NCBI GenBank assembly: GCA_030141605.1
Contig: JAQGDQ010000033.1
Span: 558,001-622,000, forward strand
Source of the DNA: Tubiluchus corallicola
Taxonomy: Eukaryota; Animalia; Priapulida
Length of the DNA stretch: 64,000 nt
Direction: 5' to 3'
Notes under the pieces: model-generated
Seen by the model: the letters and a program-made list of their open reading frames with translations, nothing else
The model's database searches: none
Told to the model about the DNA's origin: nothing
Part shown: positions 12,063-47,299 of the stretch, piece by piece
Layout of the letters: each line of letters opens with the position of its first letter
Numbering within the stretch: the first letter of the stretch is position 1
Position numbers and translations under genes: made by a program

Positions 12063-14599
12063 TGTGACCTTGCATAGCAAAACCGTCCAATGTGCGCTAG
12101 GTAACAATTTTTAGTTGTATGCATATTCTTATTCTCCTGTTAATGCCGTTCACTTTGGTACCAGTTTCAGCTTTCTACATTGTTTCTGAGCGAAGATATT
12201 GGATTTATAGTTGAGCGGATGGCGAAAAAATCAAAACTAAAATTGGGAGTTTCAAAGTCTTTCAAAGTTTGGCTTACAATTTTCAGTAAATTTACATAGC
12301 AACTGAGGAAGGTGTTGGTTGCTATGGGGTTTGTGTGTATACTATTAAGTATAATTCTCTTTCTGGCAGTTTGTATGCAAGTATAGCCAGTGTAGTTACT
12401 TTTGATGAATTTTGAGCATCTTTGTTATTTACCTCTGCTACCTGTGTTAATTTAATTAAAGGTAAGTTATAGTAATTAATTTTATCACACGAGAGTTTAA
12501 AATTTGTTTATGTTACCAATTTTATGTTTGTTTTCATGTCTTTTTAAAAATTTTGTATAACCTATGAACAAATATATCAGCAGAGTTCCTTTGGAGTGTA
12601 TGTGTTTGTCAGGTAAAGAAAATTAATTAAAGGTGAGACAATTAAAAGCATTGGTCTATACTGCTAATAAAAATGAAAAAAAAACTTGTGAAAATAACTA
12701 TTGTCATTTTATAAATAATGTGATATTTAAGTGCATAGTTGTACACGTGCTCCAGGTTATCATTTTCAGGTATACTAACAAATTAGTATAATTACAGGTG
12801 ATACAAATCCAGCGTTTTCTGACTTTAATGCAACTACAAAGTTATTTTTGATTTTTGTAGATAATCAGTTTAGATAGTTGTAAACTTATGAGATCTTAAA
12901 TAGACTTATACATTTTCAATATTATAAAATTTGTTTTGAACAGGTAAATTATTAACATTAGTAATTACAAGTGTGACTTTTACCTGCTGAGATACTTGTT
13001 ATGACTATGTTATGCTTAGCTATACAATTATAAGTGACAAGTAAAATGTTAGCATTTCCTTGATTGTACTTGTACTGTATAAAGTATTCAGTGTCATTTC
13101 AGATACCCTCTACAAATAATTGCAGGTATAACATCATGTAGGTAGAAAATGTATTACCGCTTTCTCACGCATATACAGACATCCGGTTTTTGAATGTAGT
13201 TATTGTACCTATAGTGTAACAGCACATGTATGTCATGTATTCTCGTAATTTCTGTATGTTGGGGTCATTTCAGCTGAATCAGTCACCAATATTGCTAATT
13301 ACAGGTATGAAAGTTGTAACAAATTACAGAAGTGAGTTTGTTATATGTAACAAATAACTAACGTAAGTAAGTACCACGCAGAAGGGATTTCAATATAATT
13401 TATCTGGTTCTTATTTCTGAGCTTCAACTGATGGCCACTCAATTCAGGTAAATCAACCACTACATTTAATTACTGTGTGATAATTATTATTATAAGTCGG
13501 GAAAGACAAGTGTCTTTGATATGTGACAAAATTAAGTAGTTAACTCATAGAAAAAATTATCACAAAAAATATACACAACAAAATTAATAAAAACTGAAGA
13601 CAAGGTTTTGTATAACAATTTTCATTTTTACTACAACACTTTATCATTATTACTATGAGTAAAATATTTTGAAAGTCATACCTAACTGTCTTGAAGAGGC
13701 TTATTTTTATGAATTGTATAACCCCGAGCTTTATTCTAGTATTTCTGAGAAGTCTGTCTGCTCACAAAGACCCCACCAAATATTTTGCTAATACAGTAAT
13801 TGTAATGATAAGCACAATGGGCCTAAAGCAGGTAAAGACTTGAATCGTACATATTAGAGAAAACTATAGGAAAATATTCAACTACACATGTGTTGCCTAC
13901 ATATTAATGAAAAGAATGCTGAAAACCTGTAATTTACATATGAAACGCAAATCACTGTTACTACGAAAAAATCTAAACTAATAACAATCATAATAACATG
14001 TAAGTGAAGCTAATCCATCGCCATTCATTTTTAAATACAAGTTCAATGTTCTTCTCACTTCTGTCTCGACTTTGTTGATACTGGTGTTGCTGGGCATTGC
14101 GTTGCTGTCGTGTGACTTTAATGCCTCTGATTGGCCAAAAGTGACATAACCCGCGATCTCGGGACTCTTATTTGGTAAAAATGACAGAGATGCTTGCAAT
14201 AGCAAAATTTAAGGCATTTGTTTATGCATTTTCTATGGCATTTCTGCAAAAACCGTAGTTTACAAACTAATCTGATAGAGGACTCGGGTAGCCTACAGCA
14301 TGCCAGTCATAATAAAAAACCACGTTTGAAATCATGATCGGCCTGCAGAGTCATAACAGGTTAAGTAAGGACAGTTCTTTCCTGCAGTACAAGCACCCGA
14401 AATGGTAAGGATTTAGTTTTTTGTTAATTTTTCTAATAAAAACCAATATTTTAGGCAAAATAACAGTACAGCATGATAGCAAAATAGTCTTAGATTAGAA
14501 AAAAACAAAATCCGAAAACTGGTAAAAATTGACTTTTTTTACCTCTAGCTCCATAATTAAATTAGCGCACTATGGACGGTTTTGTTTTGCACGGCCACA
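12063..14599. mobile_element. Non-autonomous DNA transposon (~2.5 kb) with ~38-bp terminal inverted repeats
   Basis: Left tgtgaccttgcatagcaaaaccgtccaatgtgcgcta; right tagcgcactatggacggttttgttttgcacggccaca; both flanked by TA/ATAT; no intact ORF. Confidence 0.8.
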
Positions 14600-14712
14600 T
14601 ATATATTCTCGCTGAGGTGTTGCAAACTTTTCTCTGGTTAGAACAGCACTTTAAATGTAGAACACTTGTTGATTGTGAAACTTGGGAACAGCGCCGGCAT
14701 ACAGAAACAAGA

Positions 14713-14836
14713 AAGTTTGCAACGGACAAGCAACCATACGATTCCATAGATAATGAGCTAGTAACGAACGTATATATATATTCGTTACTAGCTCATTATC
14801 TATGTAATCATATGGTTGCCTGCCCATTGCAAACTT
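14713..14836. repeat. 56-bp inverted repeat (hairpin) with a 12-nt spacer
   Basis: Arms 14713-14768 and 14781-14836 are reverse complements with 5 mismatches. Confidence 0.9.
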
Positions 14837-15489
14837 GCTGAGTATATGTATATTCTTGCTGAGGTGTTGCAAACTTTTCTGTATTTACACCAACACTTTA
14901 AACGTGGAACACTTGTTGGATGTGAAAGGGTAACTGACTTGATGACTTTTTAGTCATCCCTTTCACTTTACATTTACTTTATTAACACATTTATTACTCT
15001 AATTATGTTTCTATATTTTATCATATGTATACGTTCCTGAAATGTTATGATACTTATAGAAAAAATAAACTTGATTTGATTTAGTTCCTGTTTATTTTTA
15101 ATTTCCTCTGTTTGAATTGAACAGCATAAATAAACTAGAATTGGAATGAATTAAAGTTGGAAGTTTCCTTTAATAGGCGAATCTCGAATATCAGTAGTAC
15201 TAGTAATACTACTTGTACTAGTACTACTAGTACTAGTAATACTATTTTTAGTTTTATGTTCAATATCGTATATCAAACCAACTTGAGACAGGTTTATGTC
15301 TATTGGCTTCCTTTGCAACTATGCAAAATGAGAACCCATAAATGCAGACGCGCAAAAACAAGAAAATTTTTACCTCTACAATGCTCGTAGACTATTATTA
15401 CAGTTAATGTTAATTGAAAAAGTGAGCTTAGCAATAAGGAAACTCTTTGATAAATTACATTTGTCGGAAGCTGGTGAAGCAAAGATTTT

Positions 15490-15612
15490 TCTTGTTGGCG
15501 GAGTTGCTTACGTGTAATTCAAATGAGTTTTTCCCGTCTTCAAATAATAAATAAATAAATATAGCGATGTGGGCGGTGCAGTTTAATTCAATGAAGGCCA
15601 TAACAAGTAAGT
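15490..15612. promoter_or_regulatory. Candidate bidirectional promoter and short first exons for POLQ (+) and ANAPC15/KHK (-)
   Basis: Outward-facing donors (minus-strand gtaag at 15511-15507; plus-strand gtaagt at 15607), GC box gggcgg at 15571, TTCAAA at 15518 and 15539. Confidence 0.35.
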
Positions 15613-16655
15613 GCAAAAATCCTTAGGTTGAGTTTATTTTTTAGCTTTAAATTCAGTTTATTTCACCAGCACACTACAATTACAAATACATTTTCAAATT
15701 ATTACTGTGTAATTAAAAAAAACATAACTACAGTCAATTTAACAAGTGTACCTTTGTGACACACTAAACGTACTATGCAATTGAACTTTGCTGCCTGGTA
15801 GCTATGAAGGGGAGTTTGTTAAGCCGCCATGAAATGTGAAATAAAGAATGACACCTTATCTAAAAACACTCCAACGAAATAAGTACCTAGATGGTAACTA
15901 TCTGTAAACGCTCCTCTCTTAAATGCTTTTTGAAATTGCCAACTGATGAAGCACCGAGGGTTGGTGATGAAAGATCATTTTATGGCTGAACTACGCGATG
16001 CCCAAAGAAGTGTGATCTAATGTTAGTTCTAGCTGATTCCACAAATAACTTAGACTTATGACCCCGAAGAGTTCTTTGAGGCCTGGGAAACAGCCTTTCT
16101 CTGTCAGAACAGTGTTCTGCTACTTATTTTGAAGCCGTTTGCTAGGTACACAGTCTAACACCCTCGCCAGAAGAGTAGAAATCGAAGTGGGATCCAAGTC
16201 AAGACGAGTGCATCTATCCTGGGTTCTTTCTAGAGCGTTTTTGACAGTAGCATACGAGGGTGACCATACAACTGATGCATTCCACAACGGGTCAAACACA
16301 GCTTTATAGCTGTAGAGGAATATTTACAGCTGCATTTCTCGATATAACACAGTGCTTAATCATGCAAATGTGATAGTTTGCTTTTGCTTACACATGGTAA
16401 TTCCATTTGGTCCTTTGAGGTTATTGGAAATCATTACTCCCTAATTTCCAATTCAACTTTTTTCAACTATCTGTGCATTATTTAGAAAGATAAATGTCAG
16501 ATTTAGGGCATATTCTAAGTAAGGCACATTTGCCATATTTAAGGGTCATCAACTATTTGCTGCACCAGTCTAAAACGTCATCCTAGTCGTGTTGTAAAGA
16601 TCAAAATAACCCCAAATTGGACGAAGGGGCAAATAATAGGATGCTAGTCAGTGGA

Positions 16656-17243
16656 CTAGACTACGGCCAAGTCACGTTGAAAACACCTGTTCTTGTCTGA
16701 TCACCGAAATTAAGCAACATGGAGCCTGGTTAGTACTTGGATGGGTGACCGCCTAGGAATACCAGGTGCTGTAGGCTTGCGGGATGATCACACTGTATCT
16801 CGACACTAGGTGGAGGAGCACAAGGCAGCCAATGGCTAGAGGGCGGAGGAGCTGCACAAAGCAGCCAATGGCTAGAGGGCGGAGGAGGTCAAGTGACCCA
16901 ACGGCCATGTGTAGAGGAGTAAACCTTCAAATCAGGAGTGGAGCCCCGTAGGCGGACCAGTGCAGCATGCTCACTGACTCCGGCAGCTCCTGCAGCCAAC
17001 CTGGTGCCAAATGTATCGCTCCGCTTTCCTTTGGACTAGGCCAGCGAGGAAGAGAGGGGGTTCCTGTTGTCTGGGCAACTCAGGATCTCCATACACCTTG
17101 CCCAGGCGTGCCCCCTGGAGACGTTCAAAGATCGGACTTCTGAACCACAGTCGATGCTGTAGCTCCATCAATGTGATCAATAGCTGACTCTCTTGGCGCA
17201 CACTCCATTGTCTTCTGAGACAGAAGGATGCCAACCAACAACC
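16656..17243 (+). mobile_element. 5S rRNA-derived SINE (SINE3-type)
   Basis: 5S head, unique GC-rich body, ccaaccaacaacc tail, and direct repeat agtcagtgga at 16646-16655 and 17244-17253. Confidence 0.85.
16659..16778 (+). pseudogene. Full-length 5S rRNA-like sequence (SINE head, probably not a functional rRNA gene)
   Basis: gactacggcc...ctgatcaccgaaattaagc...ttagtacttggatgggtgaccgcctaggaataccaggtgctgtaggctt, 120 nt, with internal control region boxes; no oligo-T terminator follows. Confidence 0.88.
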
Positions 17244-17799
17244 AGTCAGTGGAGAAATACAATCAGTAATATCATTAATAAAAATTTAGAAGCAGTATAG
17301 GCCACGCAAGGTTCCTTGGGGAATACCACTTATATAATGGGGTGCCATTTAGTGAATATACCATTAACTCTTTAACATGTTGGAAACGATGGGTATGAAA
17401 GTATCTGAACCACTTAACCATCTATTCCATTTTGGATGATATTACCAGAGTTGATATTATCTATCGTGTCGCTCAAACAGCTAATACTATCAGTATCAAA
17501 TAGTATTTTGTTGTTACCATTTAGGCTATTATCCCACTCAATTTTCGAGGTTATTGCCTAAGTATCATCAAAATTTGTCTTGCTCAGACGACTGGGAATT
17601 ACCACCCGCAGTATTTAAGTTGCCGGTGAGCAGTTAGTTGAAAGAAGTAAGAGAGGAAAACGTCGAAAACGAAACATAATACATGTATAAGGAAACAATG
17701 TTCTGATTAACTGCAATAGATTTTTGACAAGAAACACTTGTTGGACACTGTATGACCAATACGAATCATGAGTCAAACGAATTATTTGCTATTAAACAT

Positions 17800-18350
17800 T
17801 TATAAGACTGAAACAGTTGACGATTCAAAATTTTTTTAAAAGTATTTATAGATTTGCTGATTCTAATGTTTGGAGGAATATTGTTTCATTGTAGAGGGCC
17901 TGTGAATTTAAACCTGTCTACTAAGATTTGTTCACAATAAGGTATAAGATACTCATTAGAATGTGTATTATATTGTGTTTGATTACGTAATACTGGATTG
18001 ATAAAGCTCGCTGGAAATAAGCCAAAGTAGGTTTTGTACATATATGTAGAGATTAAATGAAATCTTCTAAGACCAAAATATTACTGCTTCAAAACAGTGA
18101 TTTAGTTACAGTTGTATATTTTGATAGACCATTCATATTGTGGAGAAATTTTCTTTGATGTCTGTTTAAAATAACCAAGTTTGTGAATAGATTCTGCTTT
18201 AAGTGTTTCAGTATTGAAATTACAGAATGGAAGTTAAATATGGTCAAAGTGAATTATCAAAATAAGTTTATTTAAAGGAGATGTCAAATGCTCATTATAT
18301 GAAAACAGTGAAATGCTCTAGAACATTTATTGGTATGTGAAAAAGTGAAT
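17800..18350 (-). mobile_element. Old LINE (L2/CR1-like) 3' fragment
   Basis: Degenerate ORF2 C-terminal-like translation on the minus strand; heavily decayed. Confidence 0.4.
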
Positions 18351-19156
18351 GAGAGAATGTGTGCCAGTAACGTGGTAATTTTTGATCTGTATGGTAAAAA
18401 TACAGATTAATTAAATCAAGTAAATGTCAGCATTAAGCAAGCTCTGAAAGCAAGAAAGTTGTTGGGAGTTGACTTCGAGAAATGGAAATCGGAGTAGGCT
18501 TGCTCTTAGAGATAAGTGTCTCCCAGAAGAGAGAAGTCGATGTGAAACCTCTGCAACCGGTTAGTTGTTTGAACTTTCTGTGATTACTCTTGCCCCTCTG
18601 AGCCTCTCCACACTTGTGAATGATGTACAATCACTTGGGAAGGCTTTTCAACAATAATGAACACTGCATTATTTCCAACTATTCACACAGCTTTCATTCG
18701 TGTCTCTACCTATAAGAATTTTGCTGTAACACAATCTTCTACAAGCCTTGACACATTTTTGTTTTTGGGGTTATACACTTGCACATAATTATAGAGTTGT
18801 TCATTTCTCCATGATGTTGTTCTCATTCATGTTATACATTAGTTTACATTTTCTCATTGTACCAAGTTGTCAGCTTGTTATCATCATTTCAGCAGTAAGC
18901 AAAACCATACAGAATGTTAGTAATGTTAATGATAAATGAATCCGCAAAGATTGGGATGTGTGATATGACCAATTGTTCAATGATTGGGTATTGTTTCAAT
19001 TTAGATAAAATTCTTTTGAGCAGATAACATCGTCAGTAGTACAATACTGTGTTCTAATTACACGCTAGTGCTTTTAATAGTTTAATAATCAATTTCACAT
19101 TGCAAAGCTAAATAGGCAATGACTAAAAAGAAAGAAAGTTGGAGTGAGAGAACGGC

Positions 19157-19160
<4 letters not shown>

Positions 19161-19240
<80 letters not shown>
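19161..19240. repeat. (GA)n microsatellite
   Basis: Perfect GA dinucleotide run of about 80 bp. Confidence 0.98.
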
Positions 19241-19244
<4 letters not shown>

Positions 19245-19563
19245 ATTTATTTGATTTTTGATTTACTTCTTTATTTCAAACTTTCGTTCATATATATACA
19301 ACAAAAATACAAGTAAATAAACGACACAAAGCACACAATGTAAACACAACACAAAAACAACATTACAAAAAATAATAATAATAACATTTTGCATTGCTTC
19401 AATCATTATATCAATGAATATGTAAAAAATTAAGCATACAATTTTATTCTCCAAATCTTTCTTATACTGGAAGTAAATAAAGCATCACTAGCGAATATCG
19501 TTCTACACAACAAGTTTTTTCTGTTTGAAATTCTAGTATCCAGACTGTAAATGCTTTTCCTGT

Positions 19564-19697
<134 letters not shown>

Positions 19698-20260
19698 CGG
19701 TGACAGAGAAAGGGAAACAAGGAGGAAAAAGAGAAAGAGTGGGAGGGAACAGAGGCAACAAGAGAAAAAGATAAAGACAGAAGAAAGAAGGGGAGGTAAC
19801 CCTACTCCCTTACTAAGCCTACGAACAGTGACTCATTTAGACTTCATTATCCGGTAGAAGGTTAACTTTTGCCTTTTACTGACAATTGCTTGTGTAAATG
19901 GTTTTTTATCTCATGCACGATTAGGCGCCTGGTTATCTGACTGGTACCTATTAATTTTTTATAATAATTAGGTCATACCAGATGACAAAAATCATTGCTA
20001 ACTCTTGATTTTTCAAAATGAGAAGTGATGTTTTGATTATCAAATTTTTTGGTGGATGGTTTAACAATGATAATTTGATTACAAGTGTAAAAGTCAAAAG
20101 CTTGGGGTTCTGCTAAGAATGTATGTAACATGCATTAGATTATGTAGTATCAACTTTGATTGGTATACAAATAAATGTATAGTTGTGTAAAGTCTTTAAT
20201 TTTTGCATTTTTTGCTTTCACTAGGTTGTGTTTAATTGTGCATTTTGGTGCCATGATAGA

Positions 20261-43650
<23,390 letters not shown>

Positions 43651-44674
43651 TTTTGTTGTAAAAAATTTGTAAGCTTATTCTAGATCAATTTCTAATTCCC
43701 TAAAGTTGGAAGATATACCATTGTTGTTACATGTCATTTTAATGAAATTTTCTAATGAGATTTGCATGCATGTGTTTCTACAGTGATTACTGGTTATTAT
43801 TGTGTTGCTACTGCAACTCTGCCGCTTGTCTTTCATTTTTCAACTTTTGGAAAAATGTTAATTACATTAAAATGAATCATGTAAAATCCACAAAGACTAA
43901 TCTTTGAAATTACTGCCAACTGTGCAAAGAGATTGTGATTGCATTTATTTCAAATTTGTTTAAAATGTACTATGAACAATGAATTGGTAATAAAATTCTG
44001 ATGAATTATCACTAAGTAAAATTGATTTACTGTTATTGGTTTTATATAACCTACTTTTCTTATTTCACTAGTAAGACTGTACTGGTGGAGCACTAACCTT
44101 AGTACAATATAAATGGGAGAAATACTTTGAAGCTTTAGAATTTGTTCAGGATTACTGTCGAAAAGTCTGCTGCTTATACTGATTTCCTTATCTTTTGTCT
44201 AGGATAGAAATACAAATTATAATGCTAGTGCTTCATGATATTGACGGTACTTTATCTAAAATTGGTCTTCACAGTTCACACACTTTCGAACTATTTAGAA
44301 TAACCCTGTGTCATGATAACATGTTGGCGTTTTTCACAATTTATGTGTTCACCTCTTCAGTCATGAATACAGTCTACTAGTTAATTGGTGTTAGCCTATA
44401 ACTATAGTAACTGTTAAAATGTGAAAAAGGGTAGTTCATAAATTATAAAACAATATACTCAGTTTATCTATACAAAGCTAATAAATTGTCAATTATTATA
44501 CTTCGTCTTTTTGCTATCTATTCTGACTCTGTAGCAGAGCTCTTTTGTAAATGTTTTCTATTTTTTCAAAATTTCTATCGACTTGAAAAAATTTCTATCG
44601 TAAGGGTCTCTTAGTAATAAGCCAATGTGAAATGAACGTAGCAACGTTTTGCATGTTTGAGCATAAGTTTAAAG

Positions 44675-45265
44675 AAGTTGCACATTGTAAAAAAAATACA
44701 TTCACACACAAACACGAAACATTGTAATTTTGCTGTTTAGGGCGAAATAATTTGGTAATTAAAATTAAAAGTAATACAAAATGTACCTTGGGTTGTTTCG
44801 CTTTTAGTGTCGTTTCTCAAGAATATCGCACTAGTTTTTCAGTTTAGCTGATCAACAGGAGAATCATTGTCCGCTGGCTCTTGTACATTCTCTGTAAATT
44901 CTTTACTTTACTTAGTGCTATGTGTGGTTACAGGGGTTTTGGACACAGGGCTTTTAGACATAGACAATTTCGACATATACGTTTTGGACAGGTAGATTAT
45001 ATGGACACAAGGTAATTGGGAACGGGACATTTGGACACAAGATAATTTGAACACAAGGTAACACTGCGGGGACAGTTAATAGACAGATACGCATAAGTAT
45101 GTCATAGGTGTATATACTTTAACGAGCAGTAGCCCCATGAGATTCTTTTGGTTTAAACAGTATTATTAATAACAAAACAGATAAGCAACAGTTACACATT
45201 GTAAAAAACTCACAAAAAATTGTAATTTTGCTGTTTACACGTAATAATTCGCTAATTAAAATTTT
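44675..45265. repeat. Complex repeat: ~75-bp direct repeat flanking an array of ggacac motifs
   Basis: cacattgtaaaaaa...ttgtaattttgctgttta...taattaaaatt at about 44680 and 45195; (t)tggacac-like motifs every ~15-20 bp at 44938-45060. Confidence 0.6.
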
Positions 45266-47299
45266 CAATGCAATTGCGTATACATACATTACAAAATAGA
45301 ATGGGAAGTTAGAAGGATTGGCTAACAGATTCGAAAGAACCTATATATTAAAGCCTTTCTACAAGATACTCTCTTTTGATTGCACTGTGCTGTGGCTAAG
45401 TGGTTATCTTGACAGAAGTGCAATGTTATTGTACAAAATAATAGCTTGTTGTTAATCATTAATTTTGTTTGTTTAACTGATGAACTATACTCGAGAAAGC
45501 AAGAACAAAGCAAACATTACTTAGGATTTTTTCTACATTGCAACAATACTAACGTAGAACCTTCAATTAATAATAGCAAGTATAAGTTAAATCAACAACA
45601 ACAATCATTGAAGTAAAACAAGTCTTTAACTCCAAACCATACCATTCCAACTAGGTCTTGTAAGCCTATGACTTTTCTGCTACTGTATGAGCACAGACAT
45701 AACTAAATTGTTACAAATTAAGCACTACTCTTTGGAGAATCTCGGCTATTTGTTTAAAGATTTATAAGTGATAAAATTAAAAAACACGCCCTTTTCGGGC
45801 TCTCCAAATTAGCCTATTGAGTAGCTTAGTCTGTGGTACACTTATGTGATTGTACACACTATTTTGTTGATCGCCTGCTTGCTGCAGCCAAAGAGAACTG
45901 TCTGCTGTATAGAGTTCTAGGAAAAACCAACATTCAGCCAAGGAGAAATTAAGGTTGTTTCATCTTTTAACATCAATTTCTCCTTAAAGATAGAGTAGAC
46001 TTGAGGCCAAAATGTATCAGAGGGTTGTGTATGGATAGCTGAAATTTTCGGCATTAGCTGATTTCACACAAGTATTATTGTACTTTGTTACAGTGCAATC
46101 ACTTTTCAATTTTTCCGCAAAAATCGATTTTTAATTTGTCTAAAGTAAGCAAATGCATTTTATGTTTATAATTTTGCATGAAAATCCATTGTGTAAGGAG
46201 TACAAACCTACAAAAATATCAAATATAACGTAATCATTGCTTAGTGAGAGCATTTTTGCATGAACCTATGCAAAATGCAGCAAACGCTTATTGTTCTGAA
46301 GGAGTTAAACAATAATTATAGATAATTTCAGGATATGGGCCAAATTGGTGGTGGAGAAAGTCAAGAATCTGGCTGCATATATGGTCAGTAGTAGGGATCG
46401 AATGTCTGTAGGGGCTTTGCCATAGGAATGACAGCTATTTATCTAAGCATCATTTAGCTCGAAATCAGCAATAAATATTCCCTGCACAGATGAGATAAGC
46501 TTCTATAGCTTAGGCAGTCATAATATGTGGTTTAATTATAGGCTGACCAGCAAACAGCATCAGTTAGTTATTCAGCAGGTCGAACCTAGATTTTAGGCAA
46601 AATAAAATATTAAAATAGGAAAACTCTGAAACAGGAAAATACTATTTTTCCAGTTATGTATAAATTTTAGGAAAGAATTAGTAATTATTTTGTTTTACTC
46701 TTCTTAATTTATACTTACGGAGTTTGAGTGTTTTCCTCTTCCAGTCTAGCTGGTGCGACAGCATTATACGCACTTGTTGCTGGGAAAAACTCTCCTCGTG
46801 GTCATTGCAGTCGTTGCGAAGTAACGCGATAAGCGATTATACGTCTATATGTGCAGTCCACCGAATACACAATTTCTGCTACAATTTTTCTTACAAAATT
46901 ATTATGGGGATGCAGGTAACCATGTGAGCACGTGATTTTCCATTACGCTCTCAGAATAGTCACGGGGGGAGTGTGGAGGTGAATCGCCTTGGACAGTGTA
47001 AGGCAGAGAGCCAGCGACTTGTAAAATTTCAATCAACAATCACTGCATGGGGATTTAGTAGTTTTGCTATTGATTCCTCTGTTTTTTTCTTGTGCACTGT
47101 AAATATTAAAGAATTATTCAGTACTTAAACTACTAAAAAAGATGCCACTAGTAGAGGATATTATGTCCTAGTTAAAGCTATGTTGCTCCCAAAAACTCCT
47201 GTCAGGATCAGTTTTTCTATAAGATTTTGCCATAAGATTTTGTCAGTGTTTATCTAAACGAACCTTGAATTGAACTAAACAGGTGGACTCCACTACATG

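Larger units (their letters stand above)
15890..17560 (-). mobile_element. Degenerate CR1/L2-group LINE RT relic split by a SINE insertion
   Basis: Minus strand reads SGIPQG then ILLLIFINDITDCISPLT|SILLFA across the insertion; 3' part has an RSHFFGHRVVQPW-like motif near 15985-16020. Confidence 0.75.

Noticed and set aside
16659-16778. Functional 5S rRNA gene
   Set aside because: No oligo-T terminator, no tandem array, several substitutions, and it lies within a TSD-flanked insertion.
45470-45510. Hammerhead ribozyme core (ctgatga...gaaa)
   Set aside because: No convincing flanking stems by eye; an Infernal search would be needed.
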